Source: Bacillus subtilis subsp. subtilis str. 168
GTDB lineage: Bacteria > Bacillota > Bacilli > Bacillales > Bacillaceae
Direction of reading: 5' to 3'
NCBI RefSeq assembly: GCF_000009045.1
Contig: NC_000964.3
Coordinates: forward strand, 1,984,001 to 2,048,000
DNA length: 64,000 nt
The notes below the pieces were generated by a model. The model did no database searches, was not told the origin of the DNA, and saw only the letters and a list, made by a program, of their open reading frames with translations. A program made the position numbers and the translations under genes. Position 1 is the first letter of the stretch, and every line of letters starts with the position of its first letter. This document shows positions 20,677 to 31,732 of this stretch, piece after piece.

Positions 20677-22440
20677 ATGAAAAGAACGTGGAACGTCTGT
20701 TTAACAGCTCTGCTTAGTGTTCTGTTAGTCGCTGGAAGTGTCCCTTTTCACGCGGAAGCTAAAAAACCGCCCAAAAGCTACGATGAGTACAAACAAGTAG
20801 ATGTTGGAAAAGACGGCATGGTTGCGACCGCACATCCTCTTGCTTCTGAAATCGGTGCTGATGTGCTGAAAAAAGGAGGAAATGCTATTGACGCAGCGGT
20901 TGCCATTCAATTTGCACTCAATGTAACAGAGCCGATGATGTCAGGTATTGGCGGCGGCGGTTTTATGATGGTGTATGACGGAAAAACGAAGGATACAACG
21001 ATAATCGACAGCCGTGAGCGTGCTCCAGCAGGCGCAACTCCTGATATGTTTCTGGACGAAAACGGCAAAGCAATTCCTTTCTCTGAACGTGTAACAAAAG
21101 GTACTGCCGTTGGTGTTCCAGGCACTCTGAAAGGGCTGGAAGAAGCCTTGGATAAATGGGGAACCCGTTCGATGAAGCAATTAATTACCCCTTCTATTAA
21201 ACTCGCTGAAAAAGGCTTTCCGATTGATTCGGTGTTGGCAGAGGCCATTTCTGATTATCAGGAAAAGCTTTCACGGACTGCCGCAAAAGATGTATTTTTA
21301 CCAAATGGCGAACCGCTTAAAGAAGGAGATACCCTTATTCAAAAGGATTTGGCTAAAACATTTAAGCTTATTCGCTCCAAAGGCACTGACGCTTTTTATA
21401 AAGGAAAATTCGCCAAGACGCTTTCTGACACTGTCCAGGATTTCGGCGGATCAATGACAGAAAAAGATTTAGAAAATTACGACATTACAATTGATGAACC
21501 GATTTGGGGAGATTATCAAGGCTATCAAATCGCTACTACTCCTCCTCCAAGCTCCGGCGGTATTTTCTTATTGCAAATGCTGAAAATCCTTGATCATTTT
21601 AACCTTTCACAATACGATGTCCGCTCATGGGAAAAATATCAGCTGCTTGCTGAAACGATGCATTTGTCATATGCCGACCGTGCGTCTTACGCAGGTGATC
21701 CCGAATTTGTAAATGTTCCTCTCAAAGGCCTGCTTCACCCCGATTATATTAAAGAACGCCAGCAATTAATCAACCTAGATCAAGTGAATAAAAAACCGAA
21801 AGCCGGTGACCCTTGGAAATACCAAGAAGGATCAGCAAACTATAAACAAGTTGAACAGCCGAAAGACAAAGTAGAAGGCCAAACAACCCACTTTACAGTT
21901 GCTGACCGTTGGGGAAATGTTGTTTCTTATACAACAACAATCGAACAGCTATTCGGAACGGGTATTATGGTCCCTGATTACGGTGTTATTTTAAACAATG
22001 AATTAACGGATTTTGATGCGATACCAGGCGGAGCTAACGAAGTACAGCCAAACAAACGGCCTTTAAGCAGCATGACCCCGACGATTTTATTTAAGGATGA
22101 CAAGCCTGTCCTCACGGTTGGATCTCCTGGCGGGGCCACAATTATTTCATCCGTTTTGCAAACCATTCTCTACCACATTGAATATGGTATGGAATTAAAA
22201 GCAGCTGTTGAAGAGCCGAGAATTTACACAAACAGCATGAGCTCTTACCGTTACGAAGACGGAGTTCCTAAAGATGTCCTCAGCAAGCTAAACGGCATGG
22301 GCCACAAATTCGGCACAAGTCCGGTGGATATCGGAAACGTGCAAAGTATATCGATCGACCATGAAAACGGCACCTTTAAAGGTGTAGCTGATTCAAGCAG
22401 AAACGGCGCGGCGATCGGCATTAATTTAAAACGTAAATAA
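20677..22440 (+). CDS. ggt: Gamma-glutamyltranspeptidase precursor
   Basis: 587 aa with signal peptide, TTHFTV autocleavage nucleophile, PLSSMTP and GSPGG. Confidence 0.97.
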   Translation: MKRTWNVCLTALLSVLLVAGSVPFHAEAKKPPKSYDEYKQVDVGKDGMVATAHPLASEIGADVLKKGGNAIDAAVAIQFALNVTEPMMSGIGGGGFMMVYDGKTKDTTIIDSRERAPAGATPDMFLDENGKAIPFSERVTKGTAVGVPGTLKGLEEALDKWGTRSMKQLITPSIKLAEKGFPIDSVLAEAISDYQEKLSRTAAKDVFLPNGEPLKEGDTLIQKDLAKTFKLIRSKGTDAFYKGKFAKTLSDTVQDFGGSMTEKDLENYDITIDEPIWGDYQGYQIATTPPPSSGGIFLLQMLKILDHFNLSQYDVRSWEKYQLLAETMHLSYADRASYAGDPEFVNVPLKGLLHPDYIKERQQLINLDQVNKKPKAGDPWKYQEGSANYKQVEQPKDKVEGQTTHFTVADRWGNVVSYTTTIEQLFGTGIMVPDYGVILNNELTDFDAIPGGANEVQPNKRPLSSMTPTILFKDDKPVLTVGSPGGATIISSVLQTILYHIEYGMELKAAVEEPRIYTNSMSSYRYEDGVPKDVLSKLNGMGHKFGTSPVDIGNVQSISIDHENGTFKGVADSSRNGAAIGINLKRK

Positions 22441-22442
22441 AT

Positions 22443-22479
22443 AAAAAACTGTACTCGCTTCAAATGAGTACAGTTTTTT
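22443..22479 (+). terminator. Bidirectional terminator between ggt and yofA
   Basis: AAAAAACTGTACTC...GAGTACAGTTTTTT. Confidence 0.85.
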
Positions 22480-22540
22480 CATGCAGATCTTTAAAATAAA
22501 AACTGACAAACGTCTTTATTCTGCTAATGCACGTCTATCT

Positions 22541-23398
22541 TCATCTTTTCATTTCGTTTATCTCATCAAGAAATGTCTGAAACGCACTCGTAATAAAAAA
22601 GTCTTTCCTGTATATAAAGACGATCTCTAAGTCTTGATATGATGGTGGCAGCTGATGAATCCATACATTTGTACGATGCTCGGAGCCGTCAACAGCGGAC
22701 TTTGGGAGCAGCGCCGTACCCATCCCGGCGGAAACACCTTTTATAATAGCCTCCAATGTGCCAAACTCTATGATTTTTTGATTGTGTATGCCTGCTTCCT
22801 CTAGTAATCTTTTGACCCTGTCACGATGAGAACAGCCAGCCCCAAAAAAGAGCATCGGCTGCTGAAGCATGTCTTCTGCCGTCCCTTCTCGTGATGAAAT
22901 CAAAACTAATTCATCATGGGAGACATGGAGTTGTCTAACTGCAGCGTGTTCAACCGGCCCATATACAAAAGCGCCATCAACTTTATGATCAAGAACCTGT
23001 TGAATCAAATGATGCGTATCAGCTGTGTTCACTGATAAATCCACTTCAGGAAAACGCCTGAGGAAGGATGCTGCATGCTCAGGCAGATGCGTTACCGCCA
23101 TTGTTTCCAGTGATCCGATCCGCAAAGGCCCTTTTGGTTGCCTGCTCATTCGGGTCGATTTTTCAGCTTGGTCTAACAGCGATAATACTTGATCTGCATA
23201 TTGTAAAAGATTTTCTCCTGCAGCAGTCAGCTTCATTCCCCGATTCGTTCGATGAAAAAGCCTGATATTCAAATCTTCCTCAAGGTTATGCACTCTGGCT
23301 GTCACATTCGACTGAACATAATTCAGCATTTGGGCTGCTTTCGTTATGCTTCCTTCGCGAGCAACAGCCTGAAAAATCTTTAAATCTCCGCTTTCCAC
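22541..23398 (-). CDS. yofA: LysR family transcriptional regulator
   Basis: N-terminal HTH (SITKAAQMLNYVQSNVT...LEEDL...LFHR); 285 aa. Confidence 0.9.
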   Translation of the reverse strand: MESGDLKIFQAVAREGSITKAAQMLNYVQSNVTARVHNLEEDLNIRLFHRTNRGMKLTAAGENLLQYADQVLSLLDQAEKSTRMSRQPKGPLRIGSLETMAVTHLPEHAASFLRRFPEVDLSVNTADTHHLIQQVLDHKVDGAFVYGPVEHAAVRQLHVSHDELVLISSREGTAEDMLQQPMLFFGAGCSHRDRVKRLLEEAGIHNQKIIEFGTLEAIIKGVSAGMGTALLPKSAVDGSEHRTNVWIHQLPPSYQDLEIVFIYRKDFFITSAFQTFLDEINEMKR

Positions 23399-23428
23399 GC
23401 GCTCTCACCTGCTTGCTATGATGAAAAG

Positions 23429-23443
23429 TGATATTGGCTATCA
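23429..23443. promoter_or_regulatory. LysR-type operator between divergent yofA and yogA
   Basis: TGAT-N7-ATCA dyad (TGATATTGGCTATCA). Confidence 0.55.
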
Positions 23444-23525
23444 TATTTGTTCATTTTACTCGAAGAAAACCGCTATGTAAAATATGTAAAGATATGAAAA
23501 TACAATTAATGAGGAGGCAGACAGC

Positions 23526-24515
23526 ATGAAAGCTGTAATTCACAACGGAAAAGCCGGTCTTCTGGGGTTATCAGTTCAGGACGTTCCATCAACAAAGCCT
23601 GGATACGGAGAGGTAAAGGTTAAATTAAAATCTGCAGGCCTGAATCATCGTGACTTGTTTCTTATGAAAAACAAATCTGAACAAGATCCTCACATGATAC
23701 TGGGTTCTGACGGCGCGGGTATCATCGAAGAGATTGGTGAAGGCGTGAAAAATGTTACTGTTCAGACAGAAGTAGTCATTTTCCCGACATTGAACTGGGA
23801 TTTGACAGAAAATGTTCCACCTGTACCTGAGATTCTGGGAGGTCCTTCGGACGGAACACTTGCTGAATATGTGATCATTCCTTCACAAAATGCAATCAAA
23901 AAACCTGCTTATTTATCTTGGGAAGAAGCGGGCGTTTTACCTTTATCCGCTTTAACTGCATATCGGGCTCTGTTTACAAAGGGGCAATTAAAAAAAGGCG
24001 AGCATCTATTGATACCCGGCATCGGCAGCGGTGTAGCAACCTACGCTTTATTTATGGCTAAGGCGATTGGGGCAACAGTAAGCGTGACCTCCCGCAGTGA
24101 GGAGAAAAGAAAAAAGGCGCTGAAATTAGGTGCTGATTACGCATTTGACAGCTACAGCAATTGGGATGAGCAGTTGCAGGGAAAAAAGATAGATGTTGTT
24201 CTTGACAGCATAGGACCTGCCCTCTTTTCGGAATACTTCCGCCATGTAAAACCAAATGGCCGTATTGTCAGCTTTGGGGCAAGCTCAGGGGATAATCTCA
24301 GTTTTCCGGTGCGTTCTTTATTCTTTCCTCAGGTCAATGTTTTGGGAACCTCGATGGGAAGCGGTGAGGAATTTCAAGCTATGCTCGCTTTCATTGACAA
24401 ACATAAGCTGCGGCCTGTAATTGACCGGATATATCCTTTAGAAAAAGCATGTGAAGCATATAAAAGAATGCAGGAAGGCAGACAGTTTGGAAACATCGGG
24501 ATCGTAATGGAATAA
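23526..24515 (+). CDS. yogA: MDR superfamily (zinc-binding alcohol dehydrogenase/quinone oxidoreductase-like) enzyme
   Basis: LNHRD, GSDGAG and GIGSGVA nucleotide-binding motif; 329 aa. Confidence 0.85.
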
Positions 24516-24550
24516 AAAAAGAAACCGGCTGGCAGCCAGACCGGTTTCTC
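24514..24550. terminator. Terminator between convergent yogA and gltB
   Basis: AGAAACCGG...CCGGTTTCT stem with an A-run on the left. Confidence 0.7.
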
Positions 24551-24571
24551 TTATATGATAATCCCCTTTAT

Positions 24572-26053
24572 TTACGGAAGAACTGAACTCCCCATCAAAT
24601 ATCGATCCACTTCACGCGCCACTTCACGGCCTTCATTAATCGCCCATACGATTAAGCTTTGCCCTCTTCTTGCATCCCCTGCGGCGAATACACCATCGAT
24701 ATTTGTTTGATAATCCCCATATGCTGCACTGATTTTGTTATTTACTGAATTAACACCGAACTGTTTCAACAGCGGCTGTTCTGTGCCTTCAAAGCCGATA
24801 GCGATAAAGACAAGCTGAGCAGGCCATACTTTTTCCGTTCCAGGCAGCTCGCGGAACTCGTATTTTCCATGCTCATTTTTCACTTTTTCCATTTGGATGG
24901 TATGAAGCTCTTTCAGCTTTCCGTTTTTATCCGCGACCATTTTTGTCGTTTGAATGGAGTATTCTCTCGGATCTCTTCCGAATTTTGCTTCTGCTTCCTC
25001 GTATGCATATTCAAGCGTAAAGACGTGTGGCTGTTCAGGCCACATATTGTCATTCGTGCGGGCTGGCGGAAGTTTCGGGTGTTTGCCGAATTGGTGCACG
25101 CTTTTGGCTTTTTGACGCAGAGCGGTAGCCACACAGTCAGCTCCTGTATCTCCGCCTCCGATTACGATGACATCTTTCCCTTTGGCATCAATGAATTGCT
25201 TGTCTTTAAAATTAGAATCTAAATAGCTTTTTGTTGCAAGTGTGAGGTAGTCCATTGCGTAATGGACTCCTTTTGAGTCGCGTCCTTCGATTAAGAGGTC
25301 CCGCTGTTTTTGAGCGCCTGTGCATAAGATCACAGCATCAAATTGCTCCTTTAGCTCATCAGCTGTAATGTCAACACCGATTTCTGTGTTCGTGACAAAA
25401 TCAATTCCCTCTTGCGTCAGCAATTTAATTCGGCGTTCTACAATGCCCTTCTCAAGCTTCATGTTTGGAATGCCGTATGTTAAAAGGCCGCCCGCTCTGT
25501 CTGCTCGTTCAAAAACAGTGACGGAATGTCCCGCTTGATTCAGCTGGTCAGCACTCGCCAGTCCGGCTGGGCCTGACCCGACGATGGCCACTTTTTTGCC
25601 TGTTCGTTTTTTTGGAATTCTAGGTTGAATCCAGCCGTTCTCAAATCCTTTATCGATAATGGTCCGCTCGATGTTTTTAATTGATACGGCCGGATCTGAA
25701 ATCGCTAAAGTGCATGATCCTTCACAAGGAGCGGGGCATACCCGCCCTGTGAATTCAGGAAAGTTGTTTGTTTTCAACAGACGTTCCAATGCTTCCTTCC
25801 ATCTGCCCCGGTAGACAAGATCATTCCATTCAGGAATTAAGTTGTAAATCGGACAGCCGGATGTAAATCCGTTAATGTCCGCACCGATCTGGCAAAACGG
25901 TGTACCGCAATCCATACACCGCGCCCCTTGCCGTTTCGATGCTTCTTCTGAAAAAGGAGCAGAATATTCTTTCCAATCCTTTAAGCGAGTGAGAGGGTCC
26001 CGCTCCGCAGGTTTTTCTCGTTTGATCTCCATAAATCCAGTTGGTTTCCCCAT
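24572..26053 (-). CDS. gltB: Glutamate synthase small subunit
   Basis: RCMDCGTPFC, GRVCPAPCEGSC, GSGPAG and GGGDTG motifs. Confidence 0.97.
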   Translation of the reverse strand: MGKPTGFMEIKREKPAERDPLTRLKDWKEYSAPFSEEASKRQGARCMDCGTPFCQIGADINGFTSGCPIYNLIPEWNDLVYRGRWKEALERLLKTNNFPEFTGRVCPAPCEGSCTLAISDPAVSIKNIERTIIDKGFENGWIQPRIPKKRTGKKVAIVGSGPAGLASADQLNQAGHSVTVFERADRAGGLLTYGIPNMKLEKGIVERRIKLLTQEGIDFVTNTEIGVDITADELKEQFDAVILCTGAQKQRDLLIEGRDSKGVHYAMDYLTLATKSYLDSNFKDKQFIDAKGKDVIVIGGGDTGADCVATALRQKAKSVHQFGKHPKLPPARTNDNMWPEQPHVFTLEYAYEEAEAKFGRDPREYSIQTTKMVADKNGKLKELHTIQMEKVKNEHGKYEFRELPGTEKVWPAQLVFIAIGFEGTEQPLLKQFGVNSVNNKISAAYGDYQTNIDGVFAAGDARRGQSLIVWAINEGREVAREVDRYLMGSSVLP

Positions 26054-26069
26054 GTTCCTCTCCCCTTCC

Positions 26070-29000
26070 TTACTGTACTACCGCTTGTTTTTGTCCCGAT
26101 GCTGCTGTATTCTGCTTTGGCTTCGTGTTGGCCTCAAAAGCGAACATGATGGCTTCTTCATCTGATAAACCTGCAGCTTTTTGCTCTTCGATGCTTGCGA
26201 GCATTTGTTTATAGTTTTTCGGAATGACTTTGACGAATTTTTTCACACTGTCTTCCCATTGATCTAGCAGATCTTCTGCTTTTTGGCTGTTTGTATACGC
26301 AGTATGTCTTTCAAGCATTGCTTTGATTTGCTGGATTTCTTTCTCATCCTCTAATGATTCAAATAAAATCATCTCAAGGTTGCATTTGCGTTTAAACGCT
26401 TTGACATCTTCGGTCAGTACATAAGCGATTCCGCCGGACATACCTGCCGCAAAGTTTTTGCCTACATCACCGAGAACGACAACGCTGCCGCCAGTCATGT
26501 ATTCACAGCCGTGGTCGCCGATGCCTTCTACAACTACGTTCACACCGCTGTTTCGAACGGCAAAGCGTTCACCAGCACGCCCGTTAATATATGCTTCTCC
26601 GCTTGTCGCACCGTAAAAAGCCACGTTGCCGATAATGACATTGTCATCCGAAGCAGAGTTGAATCCTTCTGATGACTTGACGATGATTTTTCCGCCAGAA
26701 AGCCCTTTTCCGACGTAATCATTTGAGTCTCCGTCCAAATAAAGCGTCATCCCTTTAGGAACGAAAGCTCCAAAGCTTTGGCCGGCTGATCCGGTAAAGT
26801 GCAGCTTGATTGTATCTTCAGGAAGACCTTCTTCTCCGTAACGCTTTGAGATTTCACTGCCGGTTATCGTTCCGGCTACACGATTTGTATTATTGATTTC
26901 AATCGAAATATCAGCTTCTTTTCCAGATTCGATGGCTTCTTGTACGGCCGGGAGAATTGTTGTAATATCAAGTGATTGATCAATTTTATGATTTTGCGGC
27001 GATTGGAACGTCCGCACCCCTTCAGGCTGATAAAGAAGGGTAGACAAATCAAGCTGGCTTGCTTTCCAGTGCTCCTTTGCCCGTTCACTTGCATGAAGTA
27101 CATCAGTGCGGCCGATCATTTCATCAAATGTCTTGAAGCCTAACGCAGCCATGTACTCACGAACTTCTTCGGCAATGAACAGCATATAGTTCACAATATG
27201 GTCAGGATCTCCCATGAACTTTTTGCGAAGCTCTGGATTTTGTGTCGCTACACCGACAGGGCATGTATCCAAATGGCAGGCACGCATCATGACACAGCCG
27301 AGTACAACTAACGGAGCCGTTGCGAAACCAAATTCTTCGGCGCCGAGCAAGGCAGCCATCACAACGTCGCGGCCCGTCATGAGCTTTCCATCTGTTTCTA
27401 ATACAACACGGTCACGAAGTCCGTTCAGCATTAGTGTTTGATGTGCTTCTGCAAGGCCAAGCTCCCACGGAAGCCCTGTATGTTTAATACTGGTTTTCGG
27501 AGAAGCGCCTGTACCTCCGTCATAGCCGCTGATCACAATGACATCTGCAGTCGCTTTGGCAACACCTGCAGCGATTGTTCCTACACCTGCTTTTGACACC
27601 AGCTTTACGCTGATTCTTGCGTCACGGTTGGCATTTTTCAAATCGTGGATCAGCTGGGCTAAATCCTCAATCGAATAAATGTCATGGTGTGGCGGAGGTG
27701 AGATTAATCCGACACCTGGCGTTGACCCACGGACATCGGCAACCCATGGATATACCTTGTTGCCAGGAAGCTGCCCGCCTTCACCCGGCTTAGCACCTTG
27801 AGCCATTTTAATCTGCAGCTCATCAGCATTGACGAGGTAATGGCTTTTGACACCAAACCGTCCGGATGCAATTTGTTTGATCGCACTTCTTCTATCATCG
27901 CCGTTCTCATCTGGAACAAAGCGTTTGGGATCTTCTCCGCCTTCACCGCTGTTGCTTTTTCCTCCAAGACGGTTCATTGCGATTGCTAAAGCTTCGTGCG
28001 CTTCCTTACTCAAGGACCCGAATGACATCGCACCCGTTTTAAAACGTTTGACAATCGATTCAGCGGATTCAACCTCCTCCAACTTCAAAGGCTTGCGGTT
28101 TCCGTCAAATGCGAACAAGTTCCGCAAAAATCCGATGCGTTCTTCATCAGCCGCTTTTGTATACTGTTTAAACAGATTGTAATCATTTCTGCGGCACGCC
28201 CATTGCAAAGTATGAATCGTTTTCGGATTAAACGCATGATGCTCTCCGCCATTTCTCCATTGGAAGTCACTTCCCGGTTCAAGCGTTTTGCTGTAATCAT
28301 CCTGATACGCTTCCCGGTGGCGGCGCTGTGCCTCTTCTGCAATTGTTTGTAAATCGATGCCGCCTAGCTGTGATGCAGTACCTGAGAAATAGCGGTCGAT
28401 CACATCGCGGCTGATTCCTACCGCCTCAAAGATTTGTGCGCCTCTGTAGCTTTGCACAGTTGAAATTCCCATCTTGGACATCACTTTTACGACGCCCTCA
28501 GTAATGCTTTTTCCATATTTGCTAACCGCTTCTTCATAGCTGATATCCAAACGGCCTTCATCAATTTCCTGCTTGTAGGTCGCATAAGCGAGATAAGGGT
28601 TAATCGCATCTGCGCCATAACCGATTAACGCTGCAAAGTGATGCACTTCACGTGCTTCTCCCGATTCCACAATAATGCTGACCTTCGTACGCAGCCCTTT
28701 GCGGATTAAGTGCTGGTGCAGTGCGCTTACTGCCAGAAGCGGCGGAATTGGTGTCAGTCGTTCGTTCATCTTTTTGTCTGATAAAATTAACAAACTTACG
28801 CCTTGGCTGATGGCTTTCTCTGCCTGTGTGAACATGTCCTTTAAACCGCGTTCAAGATCCTCTGAAAACAGCACATCAATTTTTTGGCTTTTTAAATCAG
28901 GATGAACAATCGTTTTCAATGCGTAAAACTGTTCATTGGATAAAACAGGTGTATACAGTTTAATCCGGCGAACATTTCGTTCACTTGGATGAAGAAGATC

Positions 29001-30632
29001 GCCTTCCGCACCGAGCCAAGTCATCGTTGAAGTGACAAGCTGCTCACGAATCGCGTCGATTGGCGGGTTCGTTACTTGTGCAAACAGCTGTTTAAAGTAG
29101 TTAAACAGCGATTGCGCTCGGTCAGAAAGTACAGCAAGCGGAGCGTCATTCCCCATTGAACCAAGGGGATCTTTGCCTTCTTTAATAACAGGAATTAGAT
29201 ACTTTTGGATATCCTCATATGTGTATCCGAATGCCTTCTGGCGAGTAAGAAGATCACTAAATTGTTCTTCTTCTCTTGACTCCGGATCAGGATTTACTTG
29301 TACAAGCTCTTCTTCAAGCCATTTTTGGTACGGATACTCAGTTGCAATTTGTGTTTTGACTTCCTCATCGGAGATAATACGGCCTTCTTCCAGGTCGATT
29401 AAAAGCATTTTCCCAGGCTCAAGGCGGTTTTTATATAAAACGTTCTCCTGTTCAACTTCAATAACGCCTACTTCAGATGAGAAAATAATATAATCATCTT
29501 TTGTGACATAATAACGGGCCGGACGGAGACCGTTCCGGTCAAGGATCGCCCCGATTTGTTTACCGTCAGTAAATGAAATAGCTGTCGGTCCGTCCCAAGG
29601 CTCCATCAGGGAGCTATGGTACTCGTAGAACGCCCTTTTTTCCTTGGACATATGCGTATTTTCCGTCCAAGGCTCTGGAATGAGCATCATTGCCGTATGT
29701 GCCGGTTTGCGTCCAGCCATCACAAAAAACTCAAATGCGTTATCCAAAATGGAAGAGTCACTGCCATCAGCATTGAGAATCGGCAAAATCTTGTTTAAGT
29801 CCTCACCGAAGCTTTCAGAAACAAATTGCTGCTCACGTGCTCTCATCCAGTTGATATTTCCGCGAAGGGTGTTAATTTCACCGTTGTGAACCAAATAGCG
29901 GTTAGGATGCGCTCTTTCCCATGTAGGGAATGTATTGGTACTGAAGCGTGAATGAACAAGCGCAAAAGCAGAAACGAATGCTTCGTCTTGCAGATCAGAA
30001 TAAAATGCATCAACCTGTTCAGGTGTTAAAAGGCCTTTGTAAACAATGGTCTGGCTTGAAAGACTGGCAAAATAAAAATCAAGACCTTCCGTTACTCCCC
30101 AATTTTCAGCCTGTTTACGAATGACATACAATTTTCGTTCAAAAGATAAATTGTCCTTTAGATCAGAACTTGCGCCGATAAATACCTGACGGACAAACGG
30201 ACAGCTTTTTTGCGCCACTGTTCCGATTTTTCCGACATTTACAGGTACAGTTCTCCATCCAAGAACGACTTGGCCTTCTTGTTCAATTAGTGCATTGATT
30301 TGCTTTTCAATTTTTTTTCTTTCATCTTCCTTCTGTGAGAAAAAGACCATTCCTACCCCGTAACGTTCTTTTTCTGGCAGATTGATGTTTTTGCACTCTT
30401 TTCTAAAGAAAGCATCAGGGATTTGAACCAGTAAGCCGGCTCCGTCTCCTGTATCCGGATCACTGCCTTGCCCTCCTCTATGGTCTAGCTGGCAAAGCAT
30501 CTTAAGTCCTTGTTTGACAATGTCGTGAGTCTGCTTGCCCTTTAAGTGTGCATATAGGCCGATTCCGCATGCATCATGTTCAAATTCAGGACGGTAGAGA
30601 CCTTGAGCTTTTGGCATTTGATTGTACGTCAT
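26070..30632 (-). CDS. gltA: Glutamate synthase large subunit
   Basis: 1520 aa; HDACG N-terminal nucleophile, KMAQGAKPGEGG, GC.MMRACHLDTC 3Fe-4S motif. Confidence 0.98.
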   Translation of the reverse strand: MTYNQMPKAQGLYRPEFEHDACGIGLYAHLKGKQTHDIVKQGLKMLCQLDHRGGQGSDPDTGDGAGLLVQIPDAFFRKECKNINLPEKERYGVGMVFFSQKEDERKKIEKQINALIEQEGQVVLGWRTVPVNVGKIGTVAQKSCPFVRQVFIGASSDLKDNLSFERKLYVIRKQAENWGVTEGLDFYFASLSSQTIVYKGLLTPEQVDAFYSDLQDEAFVSAFALVHSRFSTNTFPTWERAHPNRYLVHNGEINTLRGNINWMRAREQQFVSESFGEDLNKILPILNADGSDSSILDNAFEFFVMAGRKPAHTAMMLIPEPWTENTHMSKEKRAFYEYHSSLMEPWDGPTAISFTDGKQIGAILDRNGLRPARYYVTKDDYIIFSSEVGVIEVEQENVLYKNRLEPGKMLLIDLEEGRIISDEEVKTQIATEYPYQKWLEEELVQVNPDPESREEEQFSDLLTRQKAFGYTYEDIQKYLIPVIKEGKDPLGSMGNDAPLAVLSDRAQSLFNYFKQLFAQVTNPPIDAIREQLVTSTMTWLGAEGDLLHPSERNVRRIKLYTPVLSNEQFYALKTIVHPDLKSQKIDVLFSEDLERGLKDMFTQAEKAISQGVSLLILSDKKMNERLTPIPPLLAVSALHQHLIRKGLRTKVSIIVESGEAREVHHFAALIGYGADAINPYLAYATYKQEIDEGRLDISYEEAVSKYGKSITEGVVKVMSKMGISTVQSYRGAQIFEAVGISRDVIDRYFSGTASQLGGIDLQTIAEEAQRRHREAYQDDYSKTLEPGSDFQWRNGGEHHAFNPKTIHTLQWACRRNDYNLFKQYTKAADEERIGFLRNLFAFDGNRKPLKLEEVESAESIVKRFKTGAMSFGSLSKEAHEALAIAMNRLGGKSNSGEGGEDPKRFVPDENGDDRRSAIKQIASGRFGVKSHYLVNADELQIKMAQGAKPGEGGQLPGNKVYPWVADVRGSTPGVGLISPPPHHDIYSIEDLAQLIHDLKNANRDARISVKLVSKAGVGTIAAGVAKATADVIVISGYDGGTGASPKTSIKHTGLPWELGLAEAHQTLMLNGLRDRVVLETDGKLMTGRDVVMAALLGAEEFGFATAPLVVLGCVMMRACHLDTCPVGVATQNPELRKKFMGDPDHIVNYMLFIAEEVREYMAALGFKTFDEMIGRTDVLHASERAKEHWKASQLDLSTLLYQPEGVRTFQSPQNHKIDQSLDITTILPAVQEAIESGKEADISIEINNTNRVAGTITGSEISKRYGEEGLPEDTIKLHFTGSAGQSFGAFVPKGMTLYLDGDSNDYVGKGLSGGKIIVKSSEGFNSASDDNVIIGNVAFYGATSGEAYINGRAGERFAVRNSGVNVVVEGIGDHGCEYMTGGSVVVLGDVGKNFAAGMSGGIAYVLTEDVKAFKRKCNLEMILFESLEDEKEIQQIKAMLERHTAYTNSQKAEDLLDQWEDSVKKFVKVIPKNYKQMLASIEEQKAAGLSDEEAIMFAFEANTKPKQNTAASGQKQAVVQ

Positions 30633-30666
30633 AATTCCTCTCCCCCGATCAATTTCCGATAATACC

Positions 30667-30683
30667 GGTCATAAAATCTAACA
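30667..30683 (-). promoter_or_regulatory. TnrA box in the gltA leader
   Basis: Minus strand TGTTAGATTTTATGACC versus consensus TGTNA-N7-TNACA; TnrA repression of gltAB is established. Confidence 0.65.
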
Positions 30684-30744
30684 ACTCTATAATCATTGTA
30701 GGTTTTCAAAACGATATAAACAATATATAATTTAGATCAAAAGA

Positions 30745-30759
30745 ATCTCAAAATGAGAT
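30745..30759. promoter_or_regulatory. GltC binding box I
   Basis: ATCTCA-AAA-TGAGAT perfect dyad between divergent gltA and gltC. Confidence 0.75.
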
Positions 30760-30778
30760 AGATGGATGTGAGACAAAC

Positions 30779-31681
30779 ATGGAGCTGCGCCAACTGCGTT
30801 ATTTTATGGAGGTGGCTGAAAGAGAACACGTTTCAGAAGCCGCTGATCATTTGCATGTGGCCCAATCAGCAATCAGCAGACAAATTGCCAATCTTGAAGA
30901 AGAATTAAATGTGACCTTATTTGAGCGTGAAGGGAGAAATATCAAACTCACGCCAATCGGAAAAGAATTTTTAATTCATGTGAAAACGGCGATGAAAGCC
31001 ATTGATTATGCGAAAGAGCAAATTGATGAGTATCTTGACCCGCATCGCGGAACGGTAAAGATCGGCTTTCCTACAAGCCTCGCCAGCCAGCTTTTGCCGA
31101 CTGTCATTTCAGCGTTTAAAGAAGAATATCCGCACGTCGAATTTTTGCTGCGCCAAGGCTCCTATAAGTTTCTGATTGAAGCTGTCAGAAACCGCGATAT
31201 TGATCTGGCCTTATTAGGGCCGGTGCCGACGAATTTCTCTGACATAACGGGAAAAATATTATTTACTGAAAAAATTTACGCGCTTGTTCCATTAAATCAT
31301 CCGCTTGCTAAACAAAAAACGGTTCATTTAATCGATTTGCGCAACGACCAATTTGTATTGTTCCCGGAAGGATTTGTACTTAGAGAGATGGCAATCGATA
31401 CTTGCAAACAAGCAGGCTTTGCTCCTCTCGTTTCCACGGAGGGTGAGGATTTGGATGCGATCAAAGGGTTAGTGTCCGCAGGAATGGGCGTTACCCTTCT
31501 GCCTGAAAGTACTTTTGCTGAAACAACACCTCGTTTTACTGTGAAAATTCCAATTGAGTTCCCTCAAGTAAAACGGACTGTCGGAATCATTAAACCGAAA
31601 AATAGAGAGCTTGCGCCTTCCGCGAATGATTTTTATGAGTTTGTCATTCAATTTTTCTCTAAGCTGGAGCAGTATCAATAA
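30779..31681 (+). CDS. gltC: LysR activator of gltAB
   Basis: MELRQLRYF...HVSEAADHLHVAQSAISRQI HTH; divergent from gltA. Confidence 0.96.
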   Translation: MELRQLRYFMEVAEREHVSEAADHLHVAQSAISRQIANLEEELNVTLFEREGRNIKLTPIGKEFLIHVKTAMKAIDYAKEQIDEYLDPHRGTVKIGFPTSLASQLLPTVISAFKEEYPHVEFLLRQGSYKFLIEAVRNRDIDLALLGPVPTNFSDITGKILFTEKIYALVPLNHPLAKQKTVHLIDLRNDQFVLFPEGFVLREMAIDTCKQAGFAPLVSTEGEDLDAIKGLVSAGMGVTLLPESTFAETTPRFTVKIPIEFPQVKRTVGIIKPKNRELAPSANDFYEFVIQFFSKLEQYQ

Positions 31682-31689
31682 AAAAAATG

Positions 31690-31725
31690 AACCCGAGCTT
31701 CTATATAGAAGCTTCGGGTTTTTTT
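31690..31725. terminator. Bidirectional terminator between gltC and proJ
   Basis: AACCCGAGCTTCTA/TAGAAGCTTCGGGTT stem with A- and T-runs. Confidence 0.85.
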
Positions 31726-31732
31726 CTGCAAA